NCBI GenBank assembly: GCA_963666175.2
Contig: CAXXTN010000003.1
Location: 33,740-97,739 of the forward strand
Origin: Candidatus Poribacteria bacterium
GTDB lineage: Bacteria; Poribacteria; WGA-4E; WGA-3G
DNA length: 64,000 nucleotides
Reading direction: 5' to 3'
The position numbers were made by a program, and so were the translations under genes. Below the pieces are notes generated by a model. It worked only from the letters and a program-made list of their open reading frames with translations. It made no database searches and was not told where the DNA came from. Shown here piece after piece: positions 37,501 to 46,676 of the stretch. Positions within the stretch are counted from its first letter, which is position 1; every line of letters starts with the position of its first letter.

Positions 37501-37588
37501 TATTCCGTTGACTGCACAGAAGCATTCCAATCCGGCTTCGTGGAGTTCCCCGCGTCTGATTATGATGGGTGTGAGTTTGGATTTTTAG
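34574..37588 (+). CDS. Outer-membrane TonB-dependent-receptor-like protein with an N-terminal carboxypeptidase-regulatory-like domain
   Basis: AAGGAG sits 7 nt before the TTG start. Signal peptide present. GKISGIVTT...GYYVMTNIDPGGYDV (CarbopepD_reg). Plug region IASMPRDTVNGILQTQAGV...LHIRGGRS...YLIDGIPVND. C-terminal residue is F. Confidence 0.8.
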   Translation: MKVDNIFRTALFILSISTSFVIFGAQEIDAATIGKISGIVTTESSKQPLANVKVAIVGTSTSTTTNESGYYVMTNIDPGGYDVRAELSGYLSKTVASTTVFAGLTTTINFALEATEVMELEGITVTATKPLIKKDVTQTTRIIEADEIASMPRDTVNGILQTQAGVAVLNSSGSLHIRGGRSMEIKYLIDGIPVNDPIFRGMGLQISTNALEQMEVITGGFNAEHGDAQSGVINLITKAGTNKFSGRIRYRVGQWGQHHGDPYYGSWLDPDNGFRPVALEPFRGIFIGKPYEYQTPYRGNPVTVGELAEREGDDQIIFKEISPGSNVYADRTENPLQPVDDPETGEDKVNEETGEVIMERQPFMDADGTVIDYEKKQVTLIDGYIVDLEQYSGLFNNTKKYGLSPSHIGEFALSGPILGNRLTFSFASQLRRDESYLPNSNSGGHTLQGKLKFEVTPQIRLTASGLYDIREFNNSGGSLRFIPNAIEVDNRDGRSLSVQLSHNINSGTFYTLTFGQFHRSYDSHQPDKLWDPLNKTFEDNAYDPEKSFEQNQEEGRIRNPAQQAYNDTTYDVAGDNNFWVTRNSTTSILKGVFASQVNENHQIQTGIEFSANHLYNLGTTNYGSSNLYMEYYDVTPTSVSLYAQDKMEYEGMIVNAGLRYDIYNPDGISPEDPKDPLVLNEEDGTIKLDESTYSVGLPIINNPVEASTKHMVAPRLGISFPITERAKLHFTYGHYYQIPRGDDLYENLSFDMRGAIRRRGNPDLEPERTIAYEVGIAQQFMDDLTVDITGFTKDIQNLVNSIHVDISNDYSYFFNDIYGRVQGFELTIRKWRTGGSPVSGMLSYTYSVAKGKGSSRNLGYLLYYRQQPEVTESHPLSWDQRHIVSAALDIQLPFTSAVNFVGRYASGLPYTPNPRAPVKPAINSKRYPATYNVDALVSKRSRLGGVTYTFFADIRNIFNTKNLYNILDAVTYDRYGIPLTAQKHSNPASWSSPRLIMMGVSLDF

Positions 37589-37599
37589 GGTAATTTAAA

Positions 37600-38379
37600 A
37601 TGAAGGAAATCACTATTGCAGAGTCCGATATTGATGCTGTAGTAGCATGGATTGCGGAACACGCAGAGCATCTTTCCAATAAAACGAGAGATGAAGAAGA
37701 GTCGCTACCTCCTGCTATTAAAGTTATCAGGTGCGTTTTGTCACTCCGTACAAGTTATGACAGAGTCGTGCGCCGTCGAGAGAAAACTTTTCAAGAGGCA
37801 CACCCAAATTTAAAACAGGTTACCGCTTTAGAGGCTCTTATAGCAAGTTATCCAAATCCCTATGAGTTCATGAAACAAGAACTTGAATTCTACTCTGAAC
37901 GAAAGGCAATAATGCTTCAGCAAGTAGTACAATATGTTTGCAAGATTGTTCAGAAAACACCAAGTATCCCTGAAGGAGAAAGTTTGAAAATATGGGCAAT
38001 CCAAGCAACCCCTCAGGATTGCTACTCTCTGGATATAAAGTACTTTAAAGTTGCAGGTTTTCAGTATCTCCGCATGCTCTTTGGTGCTGATACCACAAAA
38101 CCTGACATGCATATTATCAACTTATTATCAGATCTCTTATGTCGAGATGTTTCAGCAATAGAATCAATTCTCTTGTTGGAAGAATCTTCAAAACGCGTTG
38201 GACTTTCTGTTCGAGATGTTGACGCTTACATTTGGGAAATTGGTGCAAGACCACAGCAGAATAATTTTGACAAGAATCTTGTCCGTCTGGATCCAGATGT
38301 TGCTGCTGCATTTCCAAACGAAGAAGCGGTTAATGAAGTCTTACGATCTTTATTGAAAGAGAGAAACAAGGAGAAATAA
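37600..38379 (+). CDS. Hypothetical protein with an HhH-GPD-like (base-excision glycosylase-fold) core and a C-terminal LDPDVAAAFPNE.AVNE.LR tail
   Basis: VIRCVLSLRTSYDRVV...F.EAHP resembles the EndoIII-like LSAQT..ERV...L...FP. FKVAGFQYLRMLFGADTTKPDMHIINLL resembles the HhH plus PVDTHV segment. The fold call is tentative. Confidence 0.6.
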   Translation: MKEITIAESDIDAVVAWIAEHAEHLSNKTRDEEESLPPAIKVIRCVLSLRTSYDRVVRRREKTFQEAHPNLKQVTALEALIASYPNPYEFMKQELEFYSERKAIMLQQVVQYVCKIVQKTPSIPEGESLKIWAIQATPQDCYSLDIKYFKVAGFQYLRMLFGADTTKPDMHIINLLSDLLCRDVSAIESILLLEESSKRVGLSVRDVDAYIWEIGARPQQNNFDKNLVRLDPDVAAAFPNEEAVNEVLRSLLKERNKEK

Positions 38380-38381
38380 CC

Positions 38382-38843
38382 ATGTCAACAACGATTGAAG
38401 GCATATACCTCAATGGGAGAATTGAACTTTCTGAAACACCAAATGATGTATGTGAAGGCACCCGCGTGATAGTAACTTTTCTTTCACCGGGTTCTATAGA
38501 TTTGCGTGAACGTGGTATTGACGAAACCCAAGCTGCAGATTTACGTGCACGTTTTTCAACCTTTGTTGAGGATTGGGAAAGCCCTGAGATGAGTGTCTAT
38601 GACAACATGGATAAAAGAACCGAACTTAATGAAGAATTGCGTCCTGAGTATGATCAAACTGTGTTGAAGAACGGTATCCGTGGTAAATATGCAGAACGTT
38701 ATGCTGCAGGTACAAATATTATCAAACTTGATCCAGATGTTGCCGCTGCTTTTCCAAATGAAAAAGCGGTTAATGAAGCGTTACGATTTGTATTGAAAGT
38801 CATGGATGACACGAAACAACTAATCATTCAACAAGAGCAATAA
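38382..38843 (+). CDS. Fusion of antitoxin-like small-protein modules (DUF104-like N-terminus, FVEDWESPEM.YD module, GIRGKY...LDPDVAAAFPNE.AVNEALR tail)
   Basis: MSTTIEGIYLNGRIELSETP...VIVTFL, then LRARFSTFVEDWESPEMSVYDN, then LRPEYDQTVLKNGIRGKYAERYAAGTNIIKLDPDVAAAFPNEKAVNEALR. Starts 2 nt after the previous stop. Confidence 0.65.
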   Translation: MSTTIEGIYLNGRIELSETPNDVCEGTRVIVTFLSPGSIDLRERGIDETQAADLRARFSTFVEDWESPEMSVYDNMDKRTELNEELRPEYDQTVLKNGIRGKYAERYAAGTNIIKLDPDVAAAFPNEKAVNEALRFVLKVMDDTKQLIIQQEQ

Positions 38844-38871
38844 TAAATATGGTTCTGTAGCAGGAAATTCA

Positions 38872-39699
38872 ATGAACCTTCAAAAAACAAAATCACTATC
38901 AGAAATCTACACACGAGAAGAGGAGTTCTCTGCTGATCTTGCCAATACACTTGATGCGCTCAATGTTGGTAAATTTGAAGACGCAGAAACTGAAGCCAAC
39001 GTTGGCACGCGCAGAGCAGATATCGTTGCTACTGGTGAAGATGGGACACTTGTGATTGAAAACCAATTTGGCAAAGCAGATTGGGATCATTGGGGTAGAC
39101 TTGAGGCTTACGCACGGTTGAAAAAAGCCGATGTAGCTGTGTTAGTCGCTGAAGACTTTGAGGAATTGATGATCGTTACATGCAATTTCCGCAATGAAGA
39201 TAGTAACGTCAACTGGTTTTTAATTCAAGCACAAGCGAATTCACACAGTGAACTATCCTTTCATCACGTCGCCAGACCCGCAATAGATATCCAAACCGAA
39301 AAGCATTCCCAAGTAGGTTATAGTGAATTCTGGGCACCGATCCGTAATGGTGAATTCGGAGAACTATTTTCTGGGAAACCTGTACCTTTAAGTAACGAAG
39401 GTTGGATATCGAAGGCTATTAGGAATATTAGTGTGGTCCTATTCATTACTAACCAACGATGCTATACTCAATTGTACTTCCAAGGAGAAAATCCTTTAGA
39501 ACGTAGAGATAAGGTAATGGAATTATTCCCGGAATCCGACTACTCTTACGAATATAACGATTCACCGAAGCAGATAAGAGTACAATTTCCAGTCCTTGAT
39601 AAAGGCAAAAATGACCAAGAAGATTGGGATGAAATCCGAAAAGAATTAGTCGAACTTGGCACTGACATCTATAACAAAATTAGCGAATCTGACTTATAG
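38872..39699 (+). CDS. PD-(D/E)xK nuclease-fold protein with a DUF4268-like C-terminal domain
   Basis: RRADIVATGEDGTLVIENQFGKADWDHWGRLEAY (D...E.Q/K core plus the DH.H.G.L..Y motif). C-terminal FWAPIRNGEF... Confidence 0.65.
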   Translation: MNLQKTKSLSEIYTREEEFSADLANTLDALNVGKFEDAETEANVGTRRADIVATGEDGTLVIENQFGKADWDHWGRLEAYARLKKADVAVLVAEDFEELMIVTCNFRNEDSNVNWFLIQAQANSHSELSFHHVARPAIDIQTEKHSQVGYSEFWAPIRNGEFGELFSGKPVPLSNEGWISKAIRNISVVLFITNQRCYTQLYFQGENPLERRDKVMELFPESDYSYEYNDSPKQIRVQFPVLDKGKNDQEDWDEIRKELVELGTDIYNKISESDL

Positions 39700-39717
39700 T
39701 AACGAAAGGAACTTACA

Positions 39718-40719
39718 ATGGATAAGATATATAATGTTGCGATCATCGGATGCGGCGGAATTTCACACATGCACGCTGGGTGGTATGTGAATGAACCGCG
39801 GGCAAAAATAGCTGCTATTGCAGATATTGATGAAGAACGGCTTAATGCCTATGGCGAAAAGTATGAAGTAGAAGGACGATACACAGACTTCATTGAAATG
39901 CTGAAAACAGAAGATATAGATCTGGTGTCTGTCTGCACACGTCCGAAACACCATGCGCCGCTTGTGATTGAAACAGCAAAACACGGTGTGAAAGGTATTC
40001 TGTCAGAAAAACCGATGGCGGAGAACCTCGGACAAGCAAAAGGAATGCTTGAGTCGTGTTCAGAGAACGGTGTGAAGTTGGCTATTGACCATCAGGTGCG
40101 TTTTAGCACACCTTATCAGCATGCAAGACAGATGATTACTGACGGTGCTATCGGTGACATCTTCCGCATACACGGCATCTGTGGCGGGGGTGATCTGAAG
40201 GATAACGCTACACATACCGTTGATCTGATGTTGTATCTTCACGGAGACACTCCTGTCAGTTGGGTGATTGGGCAAATTGAACGTATCGGCACACCCACAA
40301 AATATGATTTGCACTCTGAAGACTTTGCAGTCGGTTACTTCAAGTTTGAAGACAACGTGCGAGGTATCATTGAATCAGGAAACGATACTGCTCCTGGTTA
40401 TCATCATATCTACTGCTATGGCACTGAAGGTGAAATAGAACTTGCAGCTCCCGGTGGACCGGGAATCCGATACCGAAGCGAAGAGACAGGTGGGGCATGG
40501 GAAACACCAGAACTGCCACCTGGAATTACGCCTGTGCGAGACATGATTATGGCTATTGAGGAAGATCGGGAACATCGTTCAAGTGGTCAATGCGGATATG
40601 CGACCCTTGAACTACTCATGGCAATTTATGATTCATCACGGAAAAGACAACGGATTCAGTTCCCAATGGAAGAGATGGAATCACCATTAACACTGATGAT
40701 TGAAGATGGGTGGGTATAA
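39718..40719 (+). CDS. Gfo/Idh/MocA-family NAD(P)-dependent oxidoreductase
   Basis: Rossmann N-terminus YNVAIIGCGGISHMH, EKPMA motif. Confidence 0.8.
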   Translation: MDKIYNVAIIGCGGISHMHAGWYVNEPRAKIAAIADIDEERLNAYGEKYEVEGRYTDFIEMLKTEDIDLVSVCTRPKHHAPLVIETAKHGVKGILSEKPMAENLGQAKGMLESCSENGVKLAIDHQVRFSTPYQHARQMITDGAIGDIFRIHGICGGGDLKDNATHTVDLMLYLHGDTPVSWVIGQIERIGTPTKYDLHSEDFAVGYFKFEDNVRGIIESGNDTAPGYHHIYCYGTEGEIELAAPGGPGIRYRSEETGGAWETPELPPGITPVRDMIMAIEEDREHRSSGQCGYATLELLMAIYDSSRKRQRIQFPMEEMESPLTLMIEDGWV

Positions 40720-40793
40720 GTTCAATACAAACAATTAGGGAATAATGTGCGGTTAGAAACCGCAACTAATGTAGGCGTTTTAGGAGCAAAAAT

Positions 40794-41420
40794 ATGGACT
40801 TTAGTTTCCAAATGTTTTCAATTTTGTTACCGATTATGTTTGGTGTGATGGCGGCATTTTTCTTGATTTTAGGGTTACGCGGCATTGTAACGAAAAATCC
40901 GTTCTTACTATCAAATAGATGGTTGTTATTAGTCATGTTAGTTAGTTTTGTACCAAGCATAATAATGCCATTCTTTTTTTCAATATATGACATGGATTTG
41001 ATGGATTGGTTAAATCCTGCCATATTTTCTGTTGTTATTGTCATGATGTTTTTCGCTCTGAAAGGATATGCTGCCTATGGTATAACCGATACGACATTCC
41101 GTGAAGCACTCCTTGCTGCTCTTGAAAAGCTGCAGTTACCTTATGAAGAATCTTTGTCTTCCATTCGGTTGACATCTATAGATGCGGATTTACAAGTTGC
41201 TATTCAGTCTTGGTTGGGGTCAGGAATGATTAAGATTAAACAACGTGAACACCGTTCTGTGCTTTCAAAAATAGTCACAGAAATGAATAACCATTTCAGT
41301 CTTTCATCCGGACCAATCAAACTTATCACCTTTATCTTTTATTTGATTATGGGAGTGTTCATGGTCATCGGTGGAATTGGGATGTTGTATTTATTTCACT
41401 ACGCTGGTGATAAGGTATAA
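40794..41420 (+). CDS. Membrane protein (about 5 TM), unknown function
   Basis: ORF with hydrophobic helices at both ends and a soluble middle; no family recognised. Confidence 0.5.
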   Translation: MDFSFQMFSILLPIMFGVMAAFFLILGLRGIVTKNPFLLSNRWLLLVMLVSFVPSIIMPFFFSIYDMDLMDWLNPAIFSVVIVMMFFALKGYAAYGITDTTFREALLAALEKLQLPYEESLSSIRLTSIDADLQVAIQSWLGSGMIKIKQREHRSVLSKIVTEMNNHFSLSSGPIKLITFIFYLIMGVFMVIGGIGMLYLFHYAGDKV

Positions 41421-41525
41421 TATAACACGTTAACATTACGACAGAACACTGAAAATATAGAACTCGGATTTCATAGAAACAGATATAAATAAACAGCTGT
41501 AGGTCAGGTATATTGAACATTACAG

Positions 41526-43466
41526 ATGAATTTTGAGAACACATTCATAAATAGCAAAAATATACATATAAAAATAATACTCTTATGTATTCTGATTGCA
41601 TCTTTTGTATTGGTATTGCGGAACCTTGGACACAGCAAGATCCACTTTTGGGATGAAGGTTTTCATGCGATTGTCGCTCGGAATCTAACAAAACATCCGT
41701 TAAAATTTACGCTTTACGATCAACCGTGGCTTGAATATGATTACAAAAGTTGGGGGAACAACCACATTTGGCTACACAAACCGCCAGTGGCTATGTGGCA
41801 AATATGTCTATCACACTTTATTTTTGGGATCAACGCTTTCGCTCTCCGTCTACCGTCTGCCATCAGTCTTGTGCTATCAGCATGGTTGACATTTAGGATC
41901 GCTTCCGATCTTTTTGATAAACGTGCAGGACTCATCGCAGCGTTCCTTCAGGCGTTTAATCCATTTCTCTTTGCTTCAGTTCACGGTTATCGTTATTCGG
42001 ATCACATAGATATTGCTTTGCTTCTCTGGGTGCAAGTTTCGTGTTGGTTTTTGCTTCGTGGAATACGCAGTGGTAAAAGGAGAAACTATATTTTGTCTGG
42101 GGTGGCGATGGGAATCGCGTATCTCTCAAAGAGTTATCTGGCACTGATTACATTCGGTCTTGCTGCTGTCGTTTGGTCTGTTGCGTTGTTCAAACGGATA
42201 ATACGTAAATACAAAGCGAAAAGAATTCAAACGATACCGTTAGAGACGCAAGAAGAAGTGAGTGATGCTGTATCAGATGAAGAAAATGTGAAGATTCGAC
42301 TGAGTGATGTCGGCATACAACTTCTTGCTGGTATTGGGACTGTCGCACCTTGGACAATCTATTGTTTAATAAAATATCCGAAGGAATTTATATGGGAACA
42401 TAAACGCGTTCTTGACCATCTCAATACAAATGTTGAAGGTTGGGCAGCATCATGGGACCGACCATTGTTTGAATATATGCCACTGTTCTATCCATTCATC
42501 TATGCTGCAATATTTGCAGTTGTGTTGTGCTTGCTTGTGGTGATGTTCAGACATTGGCAATTGCCGGAAGTGTTCCTGTTGGCATGGGGTATCGGTGTAA
42601 TTTTGCCACACACACTTGCACAGACAAAAACCCCGTCTGCGACAATGATTTCCGTGCCAGCATTGGTAATGTGTTTGGCAGCTATCATCAGTAGGGCATA
42701 TCAATACCGATATACGGAACATAATGTAAATGAGTTGTTTCCGCCACGGGGTATAATAGAACAACAAGGTTGGCTTTGGACAGCATTATGGGGTGCGTTA
42801 ATGCTGTCTATCGGTATTATATCCATTGGAGGTACGCTTGTTCATAGCAGAAAGTGGTTATCTATAGCAGTAAGTGGAAAAGGAATAGGCTTTCTTCAAT
42901 TTGATAACATCAAAGGTTTTGCACCTTTTATACACAAACATTTCGTCATTGTTGAGCAACTGATTGTTTTTGGCTTACTACTTGCCATTTTCTTTGGTGT
43001 CTATCAATTATTACGTCAAAAAGAGTGGCAAAGATGGGTATGGATGGGTGTGCGCGTTGTTGCACTGGTGCTTGCACTGTTTTATGCGGGGAGGTATGTC
43101 CAAGCAGCCTACAATGTTACTGAACGTAATGCACAGATTCCATTATATGTCCAAAGTGGGGAACGTATTCAACAGGAAATGCCTCAAAATATCTGTTTTT
43201 TCCTTGATGAACAGCGAACAGGAGCACATTTTGATTTGATGTATTATGCTGATAGGTCGACTTATCCATTGAAAATCACAAACGAAGCTGAACAAGAAAT
43301 TCTTGAAACGAAAGCAAAGGAGGCACGACAGGCAGGTGCTATTCCATACCTATTCTCTGTCACAAATAGAGAATACAGTTATCCACTGTATATTGAAGAA
43401 GAAATAGACGTTGGTAATGGCAATAACCAGAGGTATCGGATATTTGAAATCACAGAAGCAGAATAA
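41526..43466 (+). CDS. ArnT/PMT-like glycosyltransferase family 39 membrane protein
   Basis: HFWDEGFHAIVARNL and WLHKPPVAMW loop motifs, polytopic N-terminal half, soluble C-terminal domain. Confidence 0.7.
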   Translation: MNFENTFINSKNIHIKIILLCILIASFVLVLRNLGHSKIHFWDEGFHAIVARNLTKHPLKFTLYDQPWLEYDYKSWGNNHIWLHKPPVAMWQICLSHFIFGINAFALRLPSAISLVLSAWLTFRIASDLFDKRAGLIAAFLQAFNPFLFASVHGYRYSDHIDIALLLWVQVSCWFLLRGIRSGKRRNYILSGVAMGIAYLSKSYLALITFGLAAVVWSVALFKRIIRKYKAKRIQTIPLETQEEVSDAVSDEENVKIRLSDVGIQLLAGIGTVAPWTIYCLIKYPKEFIWEHKRVLDHLNTNVEGWAASWDRPLFEYMPLFYPFIYAAIFAVVLCLLVVMFRHWQLPEVFLLAWGIGVILPHTLAQTKTPSATMISVPALVMCLAAIISRAYQYRYTEHNVNELFPPRGIIEQQGWLWTALWGALMLSIGIISIGGTLVHSRKWLSIAVSGKGIGFLQFDNIKGFAPFIHKHFVIVEQLIVFGLLLAIFFGVYQLLRQKEWQRWVWMGVRVVALVLALFYAGRYVQAAYNVTERNAQIPLYVQSGERIQQEMPQNICFFLDEQRTGAHFDLMYYADRSTYPLKITNEAEQEILETKAKEARQAGAIPYLFSVTNREYSYPLYIEEEIDVGNGNNQRYRIFEITEAE

Positions 43467-43628
43467 TCTTTTTGCTGAAGTGAAAACCCCACTTTATATG
43501 GTATAATTTACGAATTATATCACACCGTTTTTGAGGAATTTTGAGAATACATTCCGGATCTGATAATTACATGAACTATTTGAAAAGATTCATTATATCA
43601 TTACACCCCAATATGGAGGTAAAGTTAT

Positions 43629-46600
43629 ATGAAGATACTGCGATATAGTCTATTATTTACGGTATTAGCATTTACCGCATTTTCGGTGAATGCAGGTGAA
43701 GATTGGAAAGCACTGGATGTAGGCAATTTTACATCTGCTATTTTCAACACTGCAGTCGTTGGGTATCCACAAAGCCCCACTTCCGTCCCATCAGGGTGGT
43801 GGCCAGCAGGTACAAACGATTCCTATATATTTGAAGGCGACATCTGGATCGGTGCGAAAAGGAATGGTAAAATCGGTGTCGCCGAATCAGATGGTAGACA
43901 GAGCGAAATTTGGCCTATTAACCACATAACAGATGAAGAGTTTGACCCTGAATTATATGAAACAAGGGATGAGGTGTATATTGACACTCCAGGTGTAACC
44001 ACAAAGGGAACACGGACAAGCCAAGCAATTAGGTTCAAATGTACAGATACCAACGCAGAAGTAAATAAAGGCGTGATACTCGGTTTAGAACTGGAAGTTA
44101 ACGGGTTTCAATGGAGTTATGCCCCGCTTTATGACTTCTTTATACTTGAGTATAATGTCAAAAATGTTGGTAGTGACACACTTGAAGATGTGTTTATGGC
44201 GTTTCGATATGACGTGGATATATCGAGCAACGAAACCGGCACAGCCAATTACTCAGGAGATGATTTCGTGGCTTTAGACCAAACACCGGACAGTCTCAAT
44301 CCGGATGCTCACCCGAACCGTTACCTCTCTTATGGTTTTTCAAACGCCTCTGCTCCCGGGTACATAGGACTACGTGTGTTAGATGCATACATGGGCGAGA
44401 ACGCAGAAGATGAGACTGCCAAAATACCCTTTACTGCACACAAACGAATTACGATAGACACAGACCCAACAACCGATGCAGAAATGTACGCACTTATCAG
44501 CACCCCTGGCGTTGAACCACTCCCAGCAAACTATGACGATCAACGTTTTATCCAATCCTACGGTCCAGTTGAATCACTTGCTCCAGGAGAGACATTCAAC
44601 GTTATCATTGCAGTGGCTATTGGGGAAGGACTTGCTGGTTTGCAGGTGGTTTCAGACGAAGCACAACAGTTATACGATGATGATTACAGTGCCGCCGCGC
44701 CACCACCCTCACCAACAGTAACCGCTTATCCTGCCGATAAACAGATTGCCCTCCTTTGGAATGGTGATGATGGTTGGATTAATGATGGAGTCAGTATGAA
44801 TATAGAAGACTATGCCGACCCATTCGATCCAGAGAAAGTATTTGAAGGGTATAGAGTCTATAGACTTGATCTTGTTTACGATGAAAAAACCGGTAAACCT
44901 GTTGAAGATTGGAAGTTGTTGATGGAGTTTGACAAGTCAAGTGTTTCCAATAATTTTTTTACTGTAGACCACGTTGGAGAGAACTCCGATGCAACCATTG
45001 AACACACGGGAGATGTGCCTGCGTTCGCTGATTACTTTGAAAGTGCAACTTATGCTATCAAATTCAATTCCAGCACTGAATTTGAGGTGATAAACACAAC
45101 ACTTTGGGAAGTGTTGGCATATAATCCCGATTTTCCATCTAATGGTGGCGGATATGTTATCGTAAAGAATCCAACTACAGGTGAACCTTTTCCAGATGGA
45201 ACATACCGGTCAGGTGAACTGATATATTTCGGTGGATTGTATGTAAAAATCACGGACGGACCTTCCGGTCCTCCTGTTGCCGGAGATATTTTTCAGGTAG
45301 TTGCCACTGCATCACATGCACTCGGTGATGATGTGGGTATCAAGAACTTCTATACGGACACAGGATTAACTAACGGAATCCAATATACTTATGCAGTTAC
45401 TTCTTATGATACAGGCAATCCGGAAAATGTACTGCCATCAATGGAGAGTAGCCAAATTGAAACGATGCTGCATGTTGTTCCACGTGCGCATCCTGCAGGA
45501 TATAAAGAGCCTGCCGTTGAAGTGGTGACAAACGAGGAAGTAGCGGTCACCGTTGAACCAATGGTGTTAGCACCAGACAAAGTTACTGGACATCAATATA
45601 AGATTGTTTGGTATGGTGCTGAACAGACTGGAGCGGCGGCATACATCACAGGTCCTGGCTACCAACCTCCTGCCTATGAGATTGTCAACACAACGACAAA
45701 TCAAACGGTCGTTGAAAAGCAAACATTTGATTGGTACGATCCAGACTACCGAGAGGCTGTTGAAACCCTTACACCGATGTTTGATGGTATCATTCTGAAA
45801 CTGATAGGAGTCGACGTATCCTACGATAGTCCGACAGCAAACTCAATAATTGACGTTAAATTGACCGAAGGTTCTGTTCCAGAGTGGACAGTGGATATTC
45901 AAAATGAAGCGACCGGAGGAAGCACTACTACCGGCCCAAATGTCTACTGGATAACATATTATCGTCCACATACGTATTCAATCACATTTATTGACGATAC
46001 ACATATCAGAGTCGTTGACGAAGACACGGGTGAAGAAATAGCCTTCAATGACCAACGTGCTGATGGGTATGCAATACTATCGGGAGCCGGTTGGGGTGAT
46101 GAATACGTTCCAGAGGACACACCAGGATTCATTAGAATATTCCTCAGCGGTGCTTATGTCTATATCTCTGATCCGAATGGTGAACTTTCTGCTGGTGATG
46201 TATTTACTATTGAAATGGGTGGTATAAGTGCACCACAGGACGGAGATGAACAGCTACTCACCACAGAAAAAGAATCACTTGAAGCAGATAATATCAAAGA
46301 AGACCTTGATCGTATTCGTGTCGTGCCAAACCCATACTTTGTCACGAATAGAGCGGAAAACGTTGAAGGATCGGATAAGATTTTCTTCATGCGACTTCCA
46401 CCACAATGTACTATCCGAATCTATACGTTGGCAGGGGAATTGGTGCGTCAAATCAAACACGACAGCACCGATGCATTCAGCCCTGATGAACGGTTAGCAC
46501 AAGGAGACAAAGGTGGAACGGCGGAATTTGATCTACTCAACCGCTATAACCAAGCTCTTGCCAGTGGTGTTTATATCTTTCATGTTGAAGCACGAGATGA

Positions 46601-46652
46601 AAATGATGAAGTCATCGGAAATAAGGTCGGACGATTTGCGATCATTCGATAA
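43629..46652 (+). CDS. Large secreted protein with a T9SS-type (or FlgD-Ig-like) C-terminal sorting domain
   Basis: Signal peptide MKILRYSLLFTVLAFTAFSVNA. The C-terminus IRVVPNPYF...TIRIYTLAGELVRQI...GVYIFHVEA...GRFAIIR matches the CTD pattern. Confidence 0.7.
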   Translation: MKILRYSLLFTVLAFTAFSVNAGEDWKALDVGNFTSAIFNTAVVGYPQSPTSVPSGWWPAGTNDSYIFEGDIWIGAKRNGKIGVAESDGRQSEIWPINHITDEEFDPELYETRDEVYIDTPGVTTKGTRTSQAIRFKCTDTNAEVNKGVILGLELEVNGFQWSYAPLYDFFILEYNVKNVGSDTLEDVFMAFRYDVDISSNETGTANYSGDDFVALDQTPDSLNPDAHPNRYLSYGFSNASAPGYIGLRVLDAYMGENAEDETAKIPFTAHKRITIDTDPTTDAEMYALISTPGVEPLPANYDDQRFIQSYGPVESLAPGETFNVIIAVAIGEGLAGLQVVSDEAQQLYDDDYSAAAPPPSPTVTAYPADKQIALLWNGDDGWINDGVSMNIEDYADPFDPEKVFEGYRVYRLDLVYDEKTGKPVEDWKLLMEFDKSSVSNNFFTVDHVGENSDATIEHTGDVPAFADYFESATYAIKFNSSTEFEVINTTLWEVLAYNPDFPSNGGGYVIVKNPTTGEPFPDGTYRSGELIYFGGLYVKITDGPSGPPVAGDIFQVVATASHALGDDVGIKNFYTDTGLTNGIQYTYAVTSYDTGNPENVLPSMESSQIETMLHVVPRAHPAGYKEPAVEVVTNEEVAVTVEPMVLAPDKVTGHQYKIVWYGAEQTGAAAYITGPGYQPPAYEIVNTTTNQTVVEKQTFDWYDPDYREAVETLTPMFDGIILKLIGVDVSYDSPTANSIIDVKLTEGSVPEWTVDIQNEATGGSTTTGPNVYWITYYRPHTYSITFIDDTHIRVVDEDTGEEIAFNDQRADGYAILSGAGWGDEYVPEDTPGFIRIFLSGAYVYISDPNGELSAGDVFTIEMGGISAPQDGDEQLLTTEKESLEADNIKEDLDRIRVVPNPYFVTNRAENVEGSDKIFFMRLPPQCTIRIYTLAGELVRQIKHDSTDAFSPDERLAQGDKGGTAEFDLLNRYNQALASGVYIFHVEARDENDEVIGNKVGRFAIIR

Positions 46653-46676
46653 AGGAACACGATTAAGGAGATACAC

